A DNA stretch of 64,000 bases from positions 496,001 to 560,000 of the forward strand of contig OZ076409.1 in NCBI GenBank assembly GCA_964187785.1, read 5' to 3'. Both the position numbers and the translations under genes were made by a program. Of this stretch, positions 48,601 to 63,299 are shown piece by piece. The number at the start of each line of letters is the position of its first letter. The first letter of the stretch is position 1. The notes under the pieces are model-generated. The model saw only the letters and a program-made list of their open reading frames with translations. It did no database searches and had not been told where the DNA came from. Origin of the DNA: Amphiscolops sp. MND2022 (Eukaryota).

Positions 48601-51600
48601 TTCGGGTACTGTAGAGAGTACTTGACGCTTGGAAGTCCTTTGCTATTTTTGAGCCTTGGAATATGGCGCCAACCTGGGCCGTTCTCGGCTTGTTCTTTCT
48701 AACAGTTTTCTAAACTAACTTAATAAGGACCGCGCGTACTGAAACCGGGATTTGGTGTAAAAAGATGGAATTTTTTGCCCTTATTACATGGAGGGCGTGT
48801 CCGTGAAAAGAGTTTGGGTGTCAGTACGCTACAAGCTGCAGAGCCTCCTTACAGTGTCAATAACGGCACTTTGAAATAAATTTGTAAAACATCGGTAAGT
48901 GGAGGGTAATTTATAAATTAGGACAGTGTATCTCAAATTTTATTGATCGTCGCAAATTATATGGTTTCACGGGAAGCACCGGAGGGATTGTCAGATTTAT
49001 AACAGACCTCCCTCGTGAACTATAGCACCGATAGATGACTCTACGATTGCTTGTTGGATCTATTTCATTGCTCAAAGTTGTCAACGCAGCAGGATAAAAA
49101 CCGTCTTTCTTCGAATACAGGCCGCGGCTGGTAACAGTTTTTCCCGTAGTGATTGCGCGGCCTATATTCAAAGAAATAGGGTAAGCTATGGCTTGAAGAT
49201 AAATTTTCCAGCCTTAATGCGGCTTCTAATCGGGGGCGACTTCTATTCGAAGCAATGTGGTATTTGAGACCTGACCTTCATCAGTAGTCTGAATTGCATT
49301 CAATTTAATTCAAACCAGAGCCGCATGTGCGGGAAAGGAGTCCGCTTAGGTCTTTTCCTTCTGACTCGCTCGAATCCCAGTCATAGGCTTTAGATGAAAT
49401 TGCAAATATAGGACCTAATATGGTGTAGAATGACGGCAGAAAATTTTGTTCGAATCGTATGGACAGTTTTTGAGATACAAGAAAAAAGTCCAAAAACGGC
49501 TGTTTTTTAGCAATTTTTGGGCTAATTTTTGTAGAAGGTTTGTGCAAAATTTTATAAAAATAGTACGGTCAGTTTTTGAGAAATTTTCATTGAAATGTCA
49601 GGAGAGAGGTAAACGATTGCATGAATAGTCGAAAATTTTTAAAAAGTGACACGACCCAACTGCACATTCAAATCGTGCAGTGATCGGTGTTAGGGTTAGG
49701 GCAAGACTGGATTGGATGCGTGGTGGTTCATGAATAGAAAGAACAACATCATGTTGATGTGTGCTGCAGCAGGTGCCTCGAAAGGTTGCAAGGGGTGGTT
49801 GTGGGGGGTGCTGGCGGTGAACTGGTCCGAGATGAAGATGGCCTTGTCGCAAGAGGGCGCCCACGTCAGCGCCACCGCCTTCGCTCTGGACGCCAGCGAC
49901 TTGTTGTGCGTGAGGATGAAGCAGAACACACGCGGAGGGGGAGGGGGCGGGACAGGGGAGTCACTCAGAGAAGAGGAGGAGGAGGAGTTGAAGGGAAAGA
50001 GCAGAGAGAGGGAAGAGGAGGAGTTAGAAGAGAGGACAGAAAAACGAGACCACCCACCCTGTACACGCCGCCCTACATGAGCCAGTAGAAAGATGATCGA
50101 GTGATAAACACTTTTGTAACAGGAGAAAAAAAAAACAGAACAAAACATATTTTGCAACCCACTGGAGTTTCACAAAGCCGAAAGGGTTCCCTCTAAACAA
50201 TTTTAAGTCTTAGATATAGCGCCGACTTTGGCCGTTCCAGGCTTCTTTATGGTAAATGGAACTCACGGCGACAAAACTGAGGGTTCCCCTCCTTTGCTTT
50301 GCAAGACATTCAACAAACAGTTCTATAAACACAGCTGGTGTAGGTTGTAGTGGTTATCACACTACGAACACGTTGCTTTCGTGTCGAGTTAGAAAAGTTA
50401 AAAGCTAAAAATTTCGACCGAGTACACACCTCAAAACGTTCACCCCTAAATAGACCATGGTACGATTTCGTACCAGTTACTTTCTGCAAGCTTCTGAAGG
50501 CACACTAGCTGAACGTATAGAAAAAAAACTCGAACAAAATTTTTAGACGATATTACAGAGCATTGCACGCATTTTCGCGAAATTTTGACTTGATGTCTCT
50601 GAAATCAAAAACGCGGGACCAAAAAATCGACCAAAAAAACTAAGTGCAGACTACCAATCATCATCACAAAACCTTTGACAACAGTCAATAGCTAAGAATT
50701 TTTATAAATGATAGCTGTTAAAATTTGATATTTTTTCGATATATTTACGGTTGATTCGAACCCTAGACTGTCTAGCTACAGCTATACAAATGAGCGGTCA
50801 AACAAAACAGACATTTAAAATAGTACAAATAATTTTTGGGCATAAAAGCTGAGACTGCCTAACTTTTTCCAAAGAAGCTAGCGTGTATCTATCAAAGTTC
50901 CAGCAGAAGCTGCACACTGAGGCAACTGCTGTGCAAGGCTCACGAATAGGGAGGGGGGGAGGGGAGGGGAGGGGAGGGGAACTTGTGATGTAACAGAGCG
51001 GAAAAGTTTGAATTGGAATTCCGCCGTACTCTCTCGCTCTCTCATACACTTCAAAATAGTTCAACAATGAGGGGAAAATTGATTGTGCGGAAGAAAAGAA
51101 TTGGACATTGCCCTAGTGAAGGAGAGAGTAGAGAGAAAGGGTGGCTATGGAAAGGGTACATGAAATACAACATGCATGTATTTTCTTTCCACCTTTCAAT
51201 ACACGTGACGTGACCATAAGTACGGTATGATGAGGAGTGGGTTTAGTATCATTTCACCCCACATTTAAATTATCAAATGCGTCTCAGATTAATGACTAAA
51301 GCCACCCAGTTTCAGTCTTAGCGCTAATAGAAAAGCGTCTTGAATCTAATTACCAATTAGATAAGCAAACGATGCTTGCAATGTGAACCACAAAATCGGA
51401 ACCGAAAAGTTTCACTTATCGGAATTGTAATGCACCTGAACTGAACAAGGTGCTGAAAAAAAAACATTTTTTTTCTGTCAATCAGCCAATCTTCAATTAT
51501 GGATGCTGAGAATCTTCAGCAAAAATTTCTCATTCCGTTTTATTAGTCACATATGGCCCGAATCTGACAATCAAATCAAAGTTAATTCAAAGACAGTAGA

Positions 51601-51862
51601 CATCAAAGTTTAATTACCAATTGGTTCAGGTGAGAAGCTTATGGGGTGAAATGATTTCGGGGTGAAATGAACGCACACCGATGGGCGAGGGTTGGGTTGG
51701 GTTGTTGATGAGAAAAGAAGCAGTGGACTAACCAACAATGTGCATGTGTCGTCGTCGGCCGGCAGGGGAGGAGGAGACTGACGAGGAGTACAAGAGAGCA
51801 CAAGAGGCGGCGGTGAAGAGGGCGACCAGAATGGCCACTGACACTGACTGCGTCCTCCACAT
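42612..51862 (-). CDS. C1GALT1: Core 1 beta-1,3-galactosyltransferase (T-synthase, GT31)-like; exons 51862-51733, 50072-49777, 48138-47920, 47444-47288, 46289-46138, 42758-42612 (~366 aa)
   Basis: N-terminal TM segment; RVFCFILT..RAKAVALTWAPSCDK; LWAKT; YDWFLKADDDTYVIMENLR; GYNSGGAGYVLSR; EDLLLGRCL; GRELFH; CCSEYSATFHYV. All exon phases are compatible. The start codon could lie further upstream, and this may be a paralogue rather than the orthologue. Confidence 0.9.
43878..44040 (+). repeat. Repeat family with a tRNA-derived core (internally deleted inverted copy at ~25632-25750)
   Basis: TGGCGCAGGTGG A box and GGTTCGAACCC B box; flanks are shared with the reverse complement of 25632-25750. 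Confidence 0.65.
45125..45196 (-). pseudogene. tRNA-Glu(TTC)-like pseudogene embedded in a repeat
   Basis: GCGTTCG TGGTCTAGTGGTAAGAT..CTTGC TTTTCAA CCGAG..GTTCGAAC..CGTATGC: acceptor and D arms pair, T-stem is mispaired. Confidence 0.5.
48210..48695. mobile_element. HINE/DINE-1-like element in the C1GALT1-like intron
   Basis: TTTTAGACGGTGCTTTT..GCAGACTATAGCAGTGAC start; GGCGCCAACCTGGGCCGTTCTCGGCTTGTT end. Confidence 0.75.
49101..49260. mobile_element. Short MITE, unexpanded relative of the satellite-bearing element
   Basis: CCGTCTTTCTTCGAATACAGG...GCGGCCTATATTCAAAGAAATA...GCGACTTCTATTCGAAGCAATGTGG-TA. Confidence 0.75.
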
Positions 51863-52402
51863 CTTCCTGCTTCTTCGGGGAGGGGAAGAACCCCAACAAC
51901 TGCGGCTGCTGCTCCTCGTGGTGTCTCTTGGCTTCCTCCCCCTTTCTGTCTCCTCCTCCTCTTTCTGCACCACTCTTTCCTCCACACACACAACAGACGA
52001 CTGCATAAGAGGGGGGGGGGGTAGGGATTACTGCTGCTGTTAACTGCAGACAACCGGGGTTTTATTACATTGGAAGAAACTATTCATCACGAAAAGACAG
52101 TAAGTAGTTTTTAGTGTTTAGACTCAAAATCTGTCGTCATTTGAGAGCAAGTCAATTCCAACAAATAGAGCGAAATGATACAACTTCGGCAAGAGTTTGT
52201 CCGAGATGTTCGAGTTTACTACTTCTTACAATACTTCTTAGTTTCTGTTTGACAAGTGACACCATCTTACCAACAACCAATCGAGGAGTGATTGAAATAT
52301 TGCAGCGACACCAAATAACAGCTGCTATCTAAAGTGCATTCTATGTACTGTGAATTACATTCCATTCTATAATGGTGTGTGTGTGTGATTTGTACATGAA
52401 AA

Positions 52403-52809
52403 CAGTGAATTGAATTGTACACAATACACGACAGGATACGCAATTTTTTGCTTTTTAAATACACGAATCTGCACGATACGCGATTTTTTGAAATACAGAC
52501 GAAAAATACACGACGTTACGATAAGAGTGACAACGGGACGCAGACAATGTGTCAGTCGTGTTCAAAAAATTGATCCTTGACATTTTAGCCGTTCCAGCTA
52601 GCTCAGGAGCAGTCGAAATGCTATTTTCTCAATGTAACTTACGATGCGCAAATAGAAAAAACCGTTTGTTGCCGAAAAACTTCGAAGTTTTTCATTTTTC
52701 AGAAGAGATACACGAAAATACACAATTTTTGAAAATATACGAATTCACGTAATGGTTTTTGCAAATACACGATACATGAAAAACTCGATACACGACAATT
52801 AATTCACTG
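52403..52809 (+). mobile_element. hAT-derived non-autonomous element
   Basis: TIRs CAGTGAATT/AATTCACTG; internal LDILAVPASSGAVEMLFS..RKNRL (hAT dimerisation domain remnant); no clear TSD. Confidence 0.7.
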
Positions 52810-54035
52810 TTTGTTACTTAGACAGAGAACAACAGAACAGAAGAGAACAGCTGCGTGTGTAATCCCTGTGTGAGCCCCCCAGCCCCCGTTAGTTGGTATA
52901 CCAGTGAGGAGCGTGCTGCAACAACGGATGCTTCATCCACATTGGCGCCTCCCAGACTCCCAAACATGGGTGCCCCCAAGAGCCCACTGCGACAACATGC
53001 AGACACACCCATCCTCACCACAGAGAGATTGGCGAGTCTCTCTCTTACACTACCCCTACCCACTCCACTGAGGCATCAACAATCGAATGAGCACATGGCA
53101 GATACATGCACACACAATCTGAAACAGGGGCCACATCCCACCACCCATTCATTTGTATTGATTGACTTCCCCCAGGTAAGATCCAAAATCCCCCCAGGTG
53201 AGATCAAGCTTCATTTCGACACCAATATTGAGGCAAAAAGTTAATTACATACATTCAATCAACTTATCGAGACGCTTATTGAGCAACGGCATATTTTCAG
53301 TCTTGAACTATTTGACCAACATTTATACAAAAAATTGTTGGAAGTTTGCACAAAAGGGATAAATTTGCGTTGAAGTAATGCGCGAAAAAAACCTGTGAGA
53401 TTTTCCATCAATATTTAAAAATTGATTGAAACCCTTTTTTTCAAAATCATTGATAGTAGTCAATGATTGCAATTATAACACATTTTTTGATAATCATTAC
53501 GATAAGTAGATGGAATAAGAATTGGTCACTTACGATTCCTATTAGATAAGATGAAATACGACAAACGTTTATAGAACGCTATTATCAACGACGAAATTTC
53601 TGAAAACTGAATTTCAGACGACGAAATTTTTGACAACGAGATTTGCGAGGATGAAATTTCTGGTAACCCAGGAAACGGTCATATTATTGTTCAAAATCTA
53701 CAAAAGACTGTTCAAAGATACAGAATGTGCGCCCTAATGACAGTCCAACTGAGCCCCAAACCCAAACTGAGACAACCAAGTCACACCGATTGGACATCAT
53801 AATGTTATATACGACGTTCTATCGAAAGACGTTATTTCATTGTTCCAATTGAAAAGTTACAAATTTTCAACATTGATCAGAGTCGAGAACCACGCTTTAT
53901 CTGGCATTTGCTCAGACTACTTGGATAAAAAATCCAATGGGAACTTGGATAAAACGGCATCAGTTAACTAGGTATTAGCCCACTTTCCATCAGATGTGTT
54001 TTTATCAGAAACTGGTACTGATATGAATTGATTTA

Positions 54036-56188
54036 AACAAGACGGGAACGTCTAAAGTCGGCACTATATCTAGGGCTCAAAAAGCGCAAAACATTTTTTA
54101 TGGAAAAAAAATTGAAATTTTCGAAAAACTTTCTTTCGGAAAATGTCGCACAGTGCCGAAAAAAATCAAAAGGGGGGACCCTTAAGCCTCGGTCGGTTTT
54201 GTAGGTTACGTTTTAAAAAGAAAAATGAAAAGGGGGACCCTTTCGAGACAAAAAATTTGCACAGTGCCGAAAAAAAAACGAAAAATCGAAAGGGGGGACT
54301 CTTTAGTCCCGTCCGGTTTTGTAGATTACCTTGAAAAAGTAAAAAATGAAAGGGACTTTGCACTGTTTGCCTTGACCCCTTTGCCGGACTGGGCGCCTTA
54401 GGTGGTTTCAGGATTGTTTCTAAAAAGTGGATCGATCAGTGTGAGGATTGTAGTCTGAAGAAAAAACAAGACGGGAACGTCCCAAGTCGGCGCCATATCT
54501 TAGGCTCAAAAATATTCAAGGAACAACTATGTAAATCTCATTGCAATATCTTTGATAAATTGTTGAGTTTCAATCATAAATAAACAGTTTCTTTGTAAAT
54601 TTCTCCAAGCTTCAGTTCGAATTAGGTTTCTGTGCCGACTTTGTTGTCTTTATCTTCTTAATCAACTTTCTTCGCTTCAGTCAAATACTTCGGAAGGATT
54701 CGAACAACTATTGGAAATATCTGGAAAAAAAATATTTTTTTTTTCAAAGAAGTTTTTGGTAAAAAAAGTCGCACAATGCCGAAAAACCTAAAAAGAGGTC
54801 ATTTAGGCCCATTCAACGTTTTCTACAAACCGAAAACTTGAAAAAATGCAAGGTGGTACCCTTTGATAAAATTCAAAATTTTTCGAAAAAAGTCGCATAG
54901 TGCCGAAAAAAAACCCAAAGGGGGGACCCTTTGGTCTCACCTGTACTTTTGGAAGCATTAAAAATTTATGGTTTAGTGCGAGAATCGAACCTACGCTCTC
55001 CGGCTTGGTCGAAGATGAACAAAAATGAAAGATGAACAAATATGAAAGATGAACAAATTGTAAGAAAAGTGGACCACTCAGAGTGAGATTGTCAACTGAA
55101 AAAAAACTACTCACTGTAAGAGTCGGGCTTTTTTCCCTAAGGGAAAAGGCGCCGACTAAAAACAGTCACTGCTATAGTCGGGCATTTTTCCCTTAATGGA
55201 AAAGCGCCCACTTAAAATACAGGAGTTTGGAAGTGATTATATACGAGCTTCCTCCTTGGGGAGGGGTGCACCTAATTAGAACAAGACGAGAACCACTCAA
55301 GTCGGCGCCCCGCTTGAAGCTCAAAAAGCGCATTTTTTTCAAGATGCTCAGGGCTTTTGTAAGGAAACTCTCAAACATGAGGAGAGTGGTGCCGAATTTA
55401 CCGAGGGAGTCTAGAAAACGCCCTTGTCTAACTGGACAAAAAACATCGGAGAAGCAAATCGGGCAATTTTGTTTCGAAAAAAGTTGCAGTGGCAAAAGAC
55501 GCTAAGAAGACCGACTCTTTTGTCTCTAATAGTTTCAGGAATACTGTAAATATTACTTTTGGTCTCGATGGACTCCTTGGGTGGCCTTTAAAACATAGAG
55601 GCGTGAAGCAACCGAGTTTGTTAAGTAAAATTAACTGAATAACAAGCCGGGAACGGCCCAAGTCGGCGCCATATCTAAGGCTCAAAAATAGCAAAAGGAC
55701 TTCAATGTGTCAGGTATTCTCTTCTACAAAACCCACGTGAGAAAAAACTAGAAAAAAAATTAAATTTTTTTTTTGAATTTTTTTTGATTTTTTTTGGTCC
55801 TCGGTAAGTCGCATAGTGCCGACAAATGTAAAAGGGGGCATTTGGGAGTTTTTGAACATCCATTCTTTGGAAAAATGGGAAAAAAATGAAGGGGGACCCT
55901 CTGGAGACATTAAAAAAATTTGCGAAAAAAAGTCTCACAAAGCCGAAAACAAACCTGCACAAAAAAATTTTGGTCATGGCGGGACTCGAACCCATGTCAT
56001 TTTGCTTGTCAGACCTCGAAAAAGCCGTAGTGGCCAAGTGGCAGTGAAGTAGTGTGGCACAGTTTAGTGTTAGTGCCGGTTTAGTGCCAACTTATAAAAT
56101 TTATAAAATCTGTCAGTTCGTTGATCTTAAAAAAAAAAGAAGTCACTACTATAGTCTGCGTTTTTCTTCGAAAAGCGCCGACTAAAAA
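54036..56188. mobile_element. Cluster of head-to-tail HINE/DINE-1-like elements
   Basis: AACAAG..AAGTCGGC(A/G)C starts at ~54036, 54464, 55280 and 55640; hairpin ends (AGTCGGGC..AAAAG(G)CGCCGACTAAAAA and variants) at ~55160, 55215 and 56188. Confidence 0.8.
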
Positions 56189-56511
56189 ATGCACGATTTA
56201 CGGTGACTGAAAAAAAGTTGCCAAAAAAGCGCCAACTTGAAAAAGTCTCATGCTACCATTATTTTCACAGTTATTTAAAAAATTTGGAAAGAGCAAAACA
56301 AAACTCAATTCACATTTGTCATGTCTCGTCTAAAAGAGTTTTGGCTTTGAAAAATTAGATAATTCCAAATCACCGTGGCCATGGCAAAAACGAATTGGTC
56401 GAAAGCGTGAATTAACTAAACCATGAAGAAGAGATTGACAAAAACAACAATGAGCAATGGGACACAAGTGGGAGAGAGGAGGGAGACAACATAGCAATAG
56501 GAGTGGCGGCA

Positions 56512-57396
<885 letters not shown>

Positions 57397-59150
57397 CTGC
57401 ACTCTGAAACTCAACAACTAGCTGCTGCTGGGAAAATTATACTTAGTGCCAATTGAATTTGACAATTTGACAAGTAAACAAAAGTACAGATCACCTTTGA
57501 CGATTTTGGAAAGATCGCCTGGGGAAAAGACCGGCCGAGTTTGATGCTTTAGTAATAATCCAACTCACACATTAAAATGCTAAGTATGTGCTAATTAATA
57601 TTCGAAAATTGAATAGAGTGGAGAATGTAAAAACTACGATTGGGACACAAAGAAATCCGGTTAATTTGCTTCAACCTATTCAACTTCTCGTCCTAAAGTT
57701 AACCCCAATGAACCTAGTGATGCTTTAAAGCAGCCTACCTTTTCTTCCAAATTCTGATTCCTTTTGCCAGTAGCCCATTCTCTCTAGCACGGTTTTTTTT
57801 CAACAAGTAATCGGTACCTAGCTTGATTTGAATGGCACAAGCATTAGAAAAAGGGAAAATATCTCCAAACCTGAGAAAAATGGGTTTTTTGCACAAAAAA
57901 AGAGTTATATTTCCTCAAAATTCAGATTTTGACGAAATCCTGTTTTCTCAAAAGTCTTTGATCAATAGAAAAAACCAACCACATACCCTTCCACAACAAG
58001 TCCTGGTGCAACAAACCCCTATAATATTCTGTTGTTACTACAAGCCCCCGCGCAGCGGGCCGCACGAAGTGCGGAACTGCCGCGAAGCGGCGGTACCGGA
58101 AAAAGAGACTAAAATTCTGAAGGAAGGGGCGCGCGGCGACAGGGGCTCACCTGACCAAAATGAAAGCCCAATATCAGACCTTTCAAACGCGCTATAGTTC
58201 GTTCCTCTGGTACGCGTAGTTGTGGAGATATTGATGATTGAAATTTTTTTGGCAAATTTTTCGAAAATTTTAAAAAACGCCCAGGTCGATTGGGGTTAAT
58301 GACTCGTAAACTTTTCTACTTCTTTCCTTTTATTATACTAATGCAAGCGCTTTCCATTCAGATTCGCCGAAAGTACATTGAACATCGCATCGCGCCTTTG
58401 ACGATTGAAAACCATGTTGATGATCATTGATTGAAACATTCGGTAGTGAACACTTGATTTAATAACAGTTTTCAACTGAGAACAGTAAAAGGAATACCAA
58501 TTTCGAAAAATTCACTGACGTATTCAAACTCTTGGGCTTTGTTACTTGAACCAAAAAAAAATCCAACTAGTAAGCGTACATGATGTTTCGTACTCGTATT
58601 TAATGCAGGCGAAACTCTCGGCGTACGAAGAATGATGTGTTCGCTCCATCTCAATAAAAGCAGTCTAGCTGCTACGAGAATTGGGGACGAAATGGGACGA
58701 TAGATAAGAGAAAAAAGTACCTTGGACGATTCCTATAACATTTCAGCTCCTCGAGCAGAAAAAAACACATGTTGAGTGAGCAGAGAATCTTGTGGCTTTA
58801 AATTTATGATTCAATTGAGAAAATTGACAGAAGCTTGGCTCTATAACAAGACTTCTTTGACGAACTGTTGCCAAAACGAACTAAGAGCAAAAATGAAGCT
58901 CACTCTAAGTGCACATCACAGGTTCATAAACTTAGCTTGAGCGAAACGTGGACTAGAGAGTGAATGTGGAGAAATGAAAGAACGTCTAAAGGATTAAAAT
59001 CTTTTTATAAAGTTTCCGTTATAAGTTCAACTCAATGGAAACAAAAAACAATTACTCAAAACAAGTCACTTGAAAAATAGAGAGAGCACCGGAAAAAGAG
59101 GCGAAAAAGGTTGCGTGTGAATTTGACTGGATTGAACATCTTATCCAGTC

Positions 59151-62100
59151 TTATTCGTTGAAGACAGCAACTTCGTGGGGCTCAAAAGTCTTCTGTCTGA
59201 GATGCTGCAAGTTGAGAGACTGCATGCGATTGAACACTTCTAGACGCTTCTGAGCCAGTTGCTGCGCTCTGCACATACATACATACCCACTCATTGCTAA
59301 TTAGTCAACAATATTCAAAACCCCACAGGACCGAAAATAACCAAAGAGGTCATCTTTAAGACTTGAAAAATGGGTTTTGCTCAGCATAAAACCTCAAAAA
59401 CAAAAATTGCGAAAAAGTTTTCGGTAAGTCACACAGTGCCCAAACCCCACAAGGAGCCTTTATGTTCGCAAAACGCTTGCTTTGTTCCTGCTAAAAGTCT
59501 AAGGGTGCTTCGGTTTTGATCATTCAGAAGGAATGTCGCATAGTGCCGAAAAAATCCAAAAGGGGGAAGAAAGCTTTGGTATTTCCTTTACCTGAGGTAG
59601 AGGCCTGCATTAACTGAAGACTCAATCAATTCTAGACCAAATTTTTTCGATTCTCAGTGCCAGTTTCGAGAATAACTTCTCGATAAGAAATCAAAACGCG
59701 AAAATCGGTTCCACTGAAACGATTGCTTCGTGTGCTTCAACAAAACACAAAACATTGCTTAAAACCATTTTCCCTGAAAGTATGACAAAAAACGTATAAT
59801 GATGTTTGGGCAGTTATCTTTTCGGCTGTGAGGGAATAGAGGTGATCGATAGCATAGCAATGAATGGGGGGGAGGGGGTGCCTGCCTGCGGACGAAGTTG
59901 GGGTCTCCCACGAGGCGGTTGGCCTTGAGCAGCTGGTTGTTGAGGGTGTTGAGCACCTGTTCGGGTGGCAGCAGACGCCTCTTGCTCACTCCCTCCAGCA
60001 GCGCCCTGTGCATGTCCCCGTGAGTGGAAAACCTGTTGAGGATGTGGGCCACCTCGATGAAGTTGAGGGGACCTGCAATCACCACCACCACTCAGAAAAC
60101 AAGTTACTCTTGCTCTTGGACATAGCTTACAAAAAACAATTTGACAGGAACAAAAGGTTTGTAGACGTGATCGGCGATTGATTGTATTATTTAACACTAA
60201 TTGGACGATGGTACCAAAAATCAAAAAAAAATTGAGCGCAGATTTTCCGTTTTTCCAGTTTTCGTTTCTGGCCACTCTATCCCACTTGTATCAAGGTTGG
60301 GTCAAAGTGGCCCCAGCATGTTTTGAAACATGCTGAAATGCAGTGAGAAACACCAAGCGTGAAAGTTTTGGTGCCAAGTCCGGAGTCAGTGTGGCGAAGC
60401 CCCTAGCCCAGCAGTCGGACTTGAATGGTTTAGGAGATATAGTGGTTTTAAGTTTAAGCACCAGATTTTTGGATGGATCCGGAAAATTCGTTGTCCATTT
60501 AGGGAGAAGCAATAGTAAAAATGCTACCACCACTTCACTTCAGACAAACCCAAGTCAAATCAAGACAAAAATTGATAATCTGTTCCAATGCAGCGCATAC
60601 ACTTTTCGATCGAACTTGATACAAATTGATAACAGAACGTTAGTTCAGTGCTTCTCCTCTTCATTTTTCGTTGTGAACATACGCGAATAAGTTGATGCTA
60701 TTAACATGAAGATTGCAGCTACGTCACAAGTGAGTTGTATCGAAACAGAATAGAACATGGGCGGCTGTGATGGAGTTTACGAAACATAATACATGTATAC
60801 GCTGCATACAAGGTCCATGATTGTTGCTACACTTTGTCAAAACAAGCTTGACATACACGATGGGAATGTCGCTTCTAATACAATACGATTCCTTTGTAGC
60901 ATTGAGCTATGTGTACAGTACACTAATCTTTAAAAGCCCACCACACAGATAGGCCGTAGGCTAGAATTGCTTAGCAAAATCAGTTGATTTGTTGGCAAAA
61001 TTGTTGATAAGCAATTGCTTAAAAAGTTGACCTGAACGGGACTCGAACTCTCGACTCCTGGTGTGACAGGTATGCTCATAAACCAAGTGTGCCATTGGGA
61101 CACGCTATATCACCGTATTCTAGAGCACACAATTTGGACTATATTTCGCCTAATGGCTTTGACGACGCTGACGTTCATTTTTCTTGATAAGCAATACAGT
61201 TGTTCTGATTCTCCATTCATCACTAAGCTAAAATACGGCAAAAAGAATTGTTTTTAGCCGGCGCGCCTTTTCCCTTATGGAAAAAAGCCCGACTATTACA
61301 GTGGGTAGTTTTTTTCAGTTCACTCTGACTGAATGGTCCACTTTTTTGTTCATTTGTTCAACTTTTTAGCCGAGATATTTTAGTACAAATATAACGTTTC
61401 AAAGTTTGGATGTAACGTTTTCAAAGTTAAAGTTCGGATGTAACGGTTTGTTCGGATGTAACGGTTTGTTCGGATGTAACGGTTTCAAAGTTCGGATATA
61501 ACGATTTCAAAGTTTGGATGTAACGTTTTCAAAGTTCTTATATAACGTTTTCAAAATTCGGATATAACGTTTTCATTTTTCCCCAATTTTTTTTCGTTTT
61601 TTTCTCGAAATTTCACAATTTGTTGAGTCTTAGATATGGCGCCGACTTGGCTTGTTCTAGCCTACAGGATTGCTTGGGAATTGCTTCATTTCAGAGCATT
61701 TGTAGCCTACGTAGCTTATCAAAAATAAGAGTGTGTTGTCACTACCTTCGGCCTTTATCCTGGCGTTGAGTTTGATGGGGAAGCGAGCAGTGCGGATCTT
61801 GTGTGTGCGTGCGACGTCAAAAGAGGCGCCCTTGCGGACTATTTTGTCGACGAGGCCCCCTATGACGAAGATGTCTTCGGGGTCGTACTCTTCTAGGTCG
61901 TGGGGCGAGTCAGGGCTGAGGTAGACGAGTTGCTTGGCGGGGAACACTTGCACACAGCTCAGTGACGTCACGGTGGCTCCCACGTGCTCAACTCCATTCA
62001 CGTACTTGTCGAGGAACCTGTACACGCGGGAGCTCTCCTCAAACTGGGTCACGTACAGGTGGAAGGGCTCGGGGATCTTGCTGAAACAAGACAAGGGCTG

Positions 62101-63299
62101 GGGGGTTAATTGGGTTGGGTTGGATTGGGTACGAAGTGACGAACGATTGGCTACGAACGAGCATTTCAAACGGCCAAAAGGAGACATGCAATACAACACA
62201 TGGCGGCTATTCACAAGTCCGAAAATATATTTGTGTTGCACAAGTCCGAAAATAAATTTGGGCTGTACAAGTCCGAAAAATACTTATCACATTTGTTGTA
62301 TGGCTCGGTCGCTTCGCTCCCTTCGCCAAGTAGCAACATTGAGGCATGGCCATATGGCACGTCTCTTCGTTCCTGCATTTAGGGTACTAGGAGTATGTGA
62401 GCATAGCTGACTAGGGGAAATAGATAAATTCATTTTTCCATCTTTGAACGGACTTCGGTTCGACCCCGTCAGCCAATCAGATTGCAGAGAATTATACAGT
62501 GGTAAGTATTTCTTACGCTGGGATTTCTGAAATCTTATTGGACGAGAAAATTTAATTTTATTTTTTTCGGACTTGTGACCCGACACCCAAGTTGGGTGAC
62601 CCAACATTCAGCAGAGCTGCAGAGTTTAACATTTGGAGGCGTTTCAGCCGGCAGCCAATCATGGAATTGATCGGTCCACTGTAACATGTACATGTATGTA
62701 TTTGCATGAGAGGAGTCAACAGAACATAAAATACAGTGTGAAACCGAGTGAATCATTGCCCAATTAAATTTCAATATGTCATCGAAGATAACGCGTGAAA
62801 TAATTTTTTGTTTGAAAATACGTAAAATGGCGTGAAATTGAGAAAATACAAAAATGTAAGTTTTAGCCGAAAAACTTTTTGATTCTAATAATCAGCACCG
62901 ATAGAGCTCATTTTTGCAGCCAACTGAATGAGCGTGTGGTTTTGAAAACTATATTCTGAAGTACTTGTTCTTGTAAGTCAGTTCCAAAGATTTTCAAAAT
63001 GTAAACAAAAATGCGTGAAATAGCACCAAAATTAGCGTGACACGGAAGCGTGAAATTGTGCCCGCCTAGATACAGTGTGGGTGGCGGGGGGGGGGGTATG
63101 GTATACATTTACATGGTATGTGGTGTACATGCAGCAGTACTCACGAGAAGAAGGAGAGCATGACGAGTATCTGTCTGGCCATGTCCTTGACCGCGTGCTC
63201 GTTCATGAGGTGATCGTAGCCCATGTCCAGCACCACCGGCAGCCCCACTCTCGCGCCCACCCCCAGTCTGTCTCTGCCGGCATTCTTGCCCACCCGCAC
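59151..63299 (-). CDS. TRMT10C: tRNA m1G9/m1A9 methyltransferase, TRMT10C (MRPP1)-like, 5'-partial; exons 63299-63145, 62080-61746, 60072-59886, 59268-59151
   Basis: GLPVVLDMGYDHLM..Q; EPFHLY; VFPAKQLVYLSPDSP..IFVIGGLVDK..GAS..ARFPI; HIL..HGDMHRAL..VSKR: Trm10 SPOUT domain with TRMT10C-like features. Phases are compatible. The paralogue assignment and the frame of the last exon are less certain. Confidence 0.82.
61030..61102 (-). repeat. tRNA-derived (Asp-like) SINE-type segment
   Basis: TGGCACACTTGG A box, CTGTCAC loop, GAGTTCGAGTCCC B box; stems are degenerate. Confidence 0.4.
61252..61655. mobile_element. HINE/DINE-1-like element with an internal ~18-21-bp minisatellite
   Basis: TTTTAGCCGGCGCGCCTTTTCCC..CCCGACT start; (GGATGTAACGTTTTCAAAGTTC)n at ~61390-61572; GATATGGCGCCGACTTGGCTTGTT end. 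Confidence 0.8.

Noticed and set aside
49690..49701. TTAGGGTTAGGG telomere-like motif
   Set aside because: Only two units, inside an intron.
52818..53244. ORFs upstream of the C1GALT1-like gene
   Set aside because: No recognisable homology; more likely a 5' UTR exon or promoter region.
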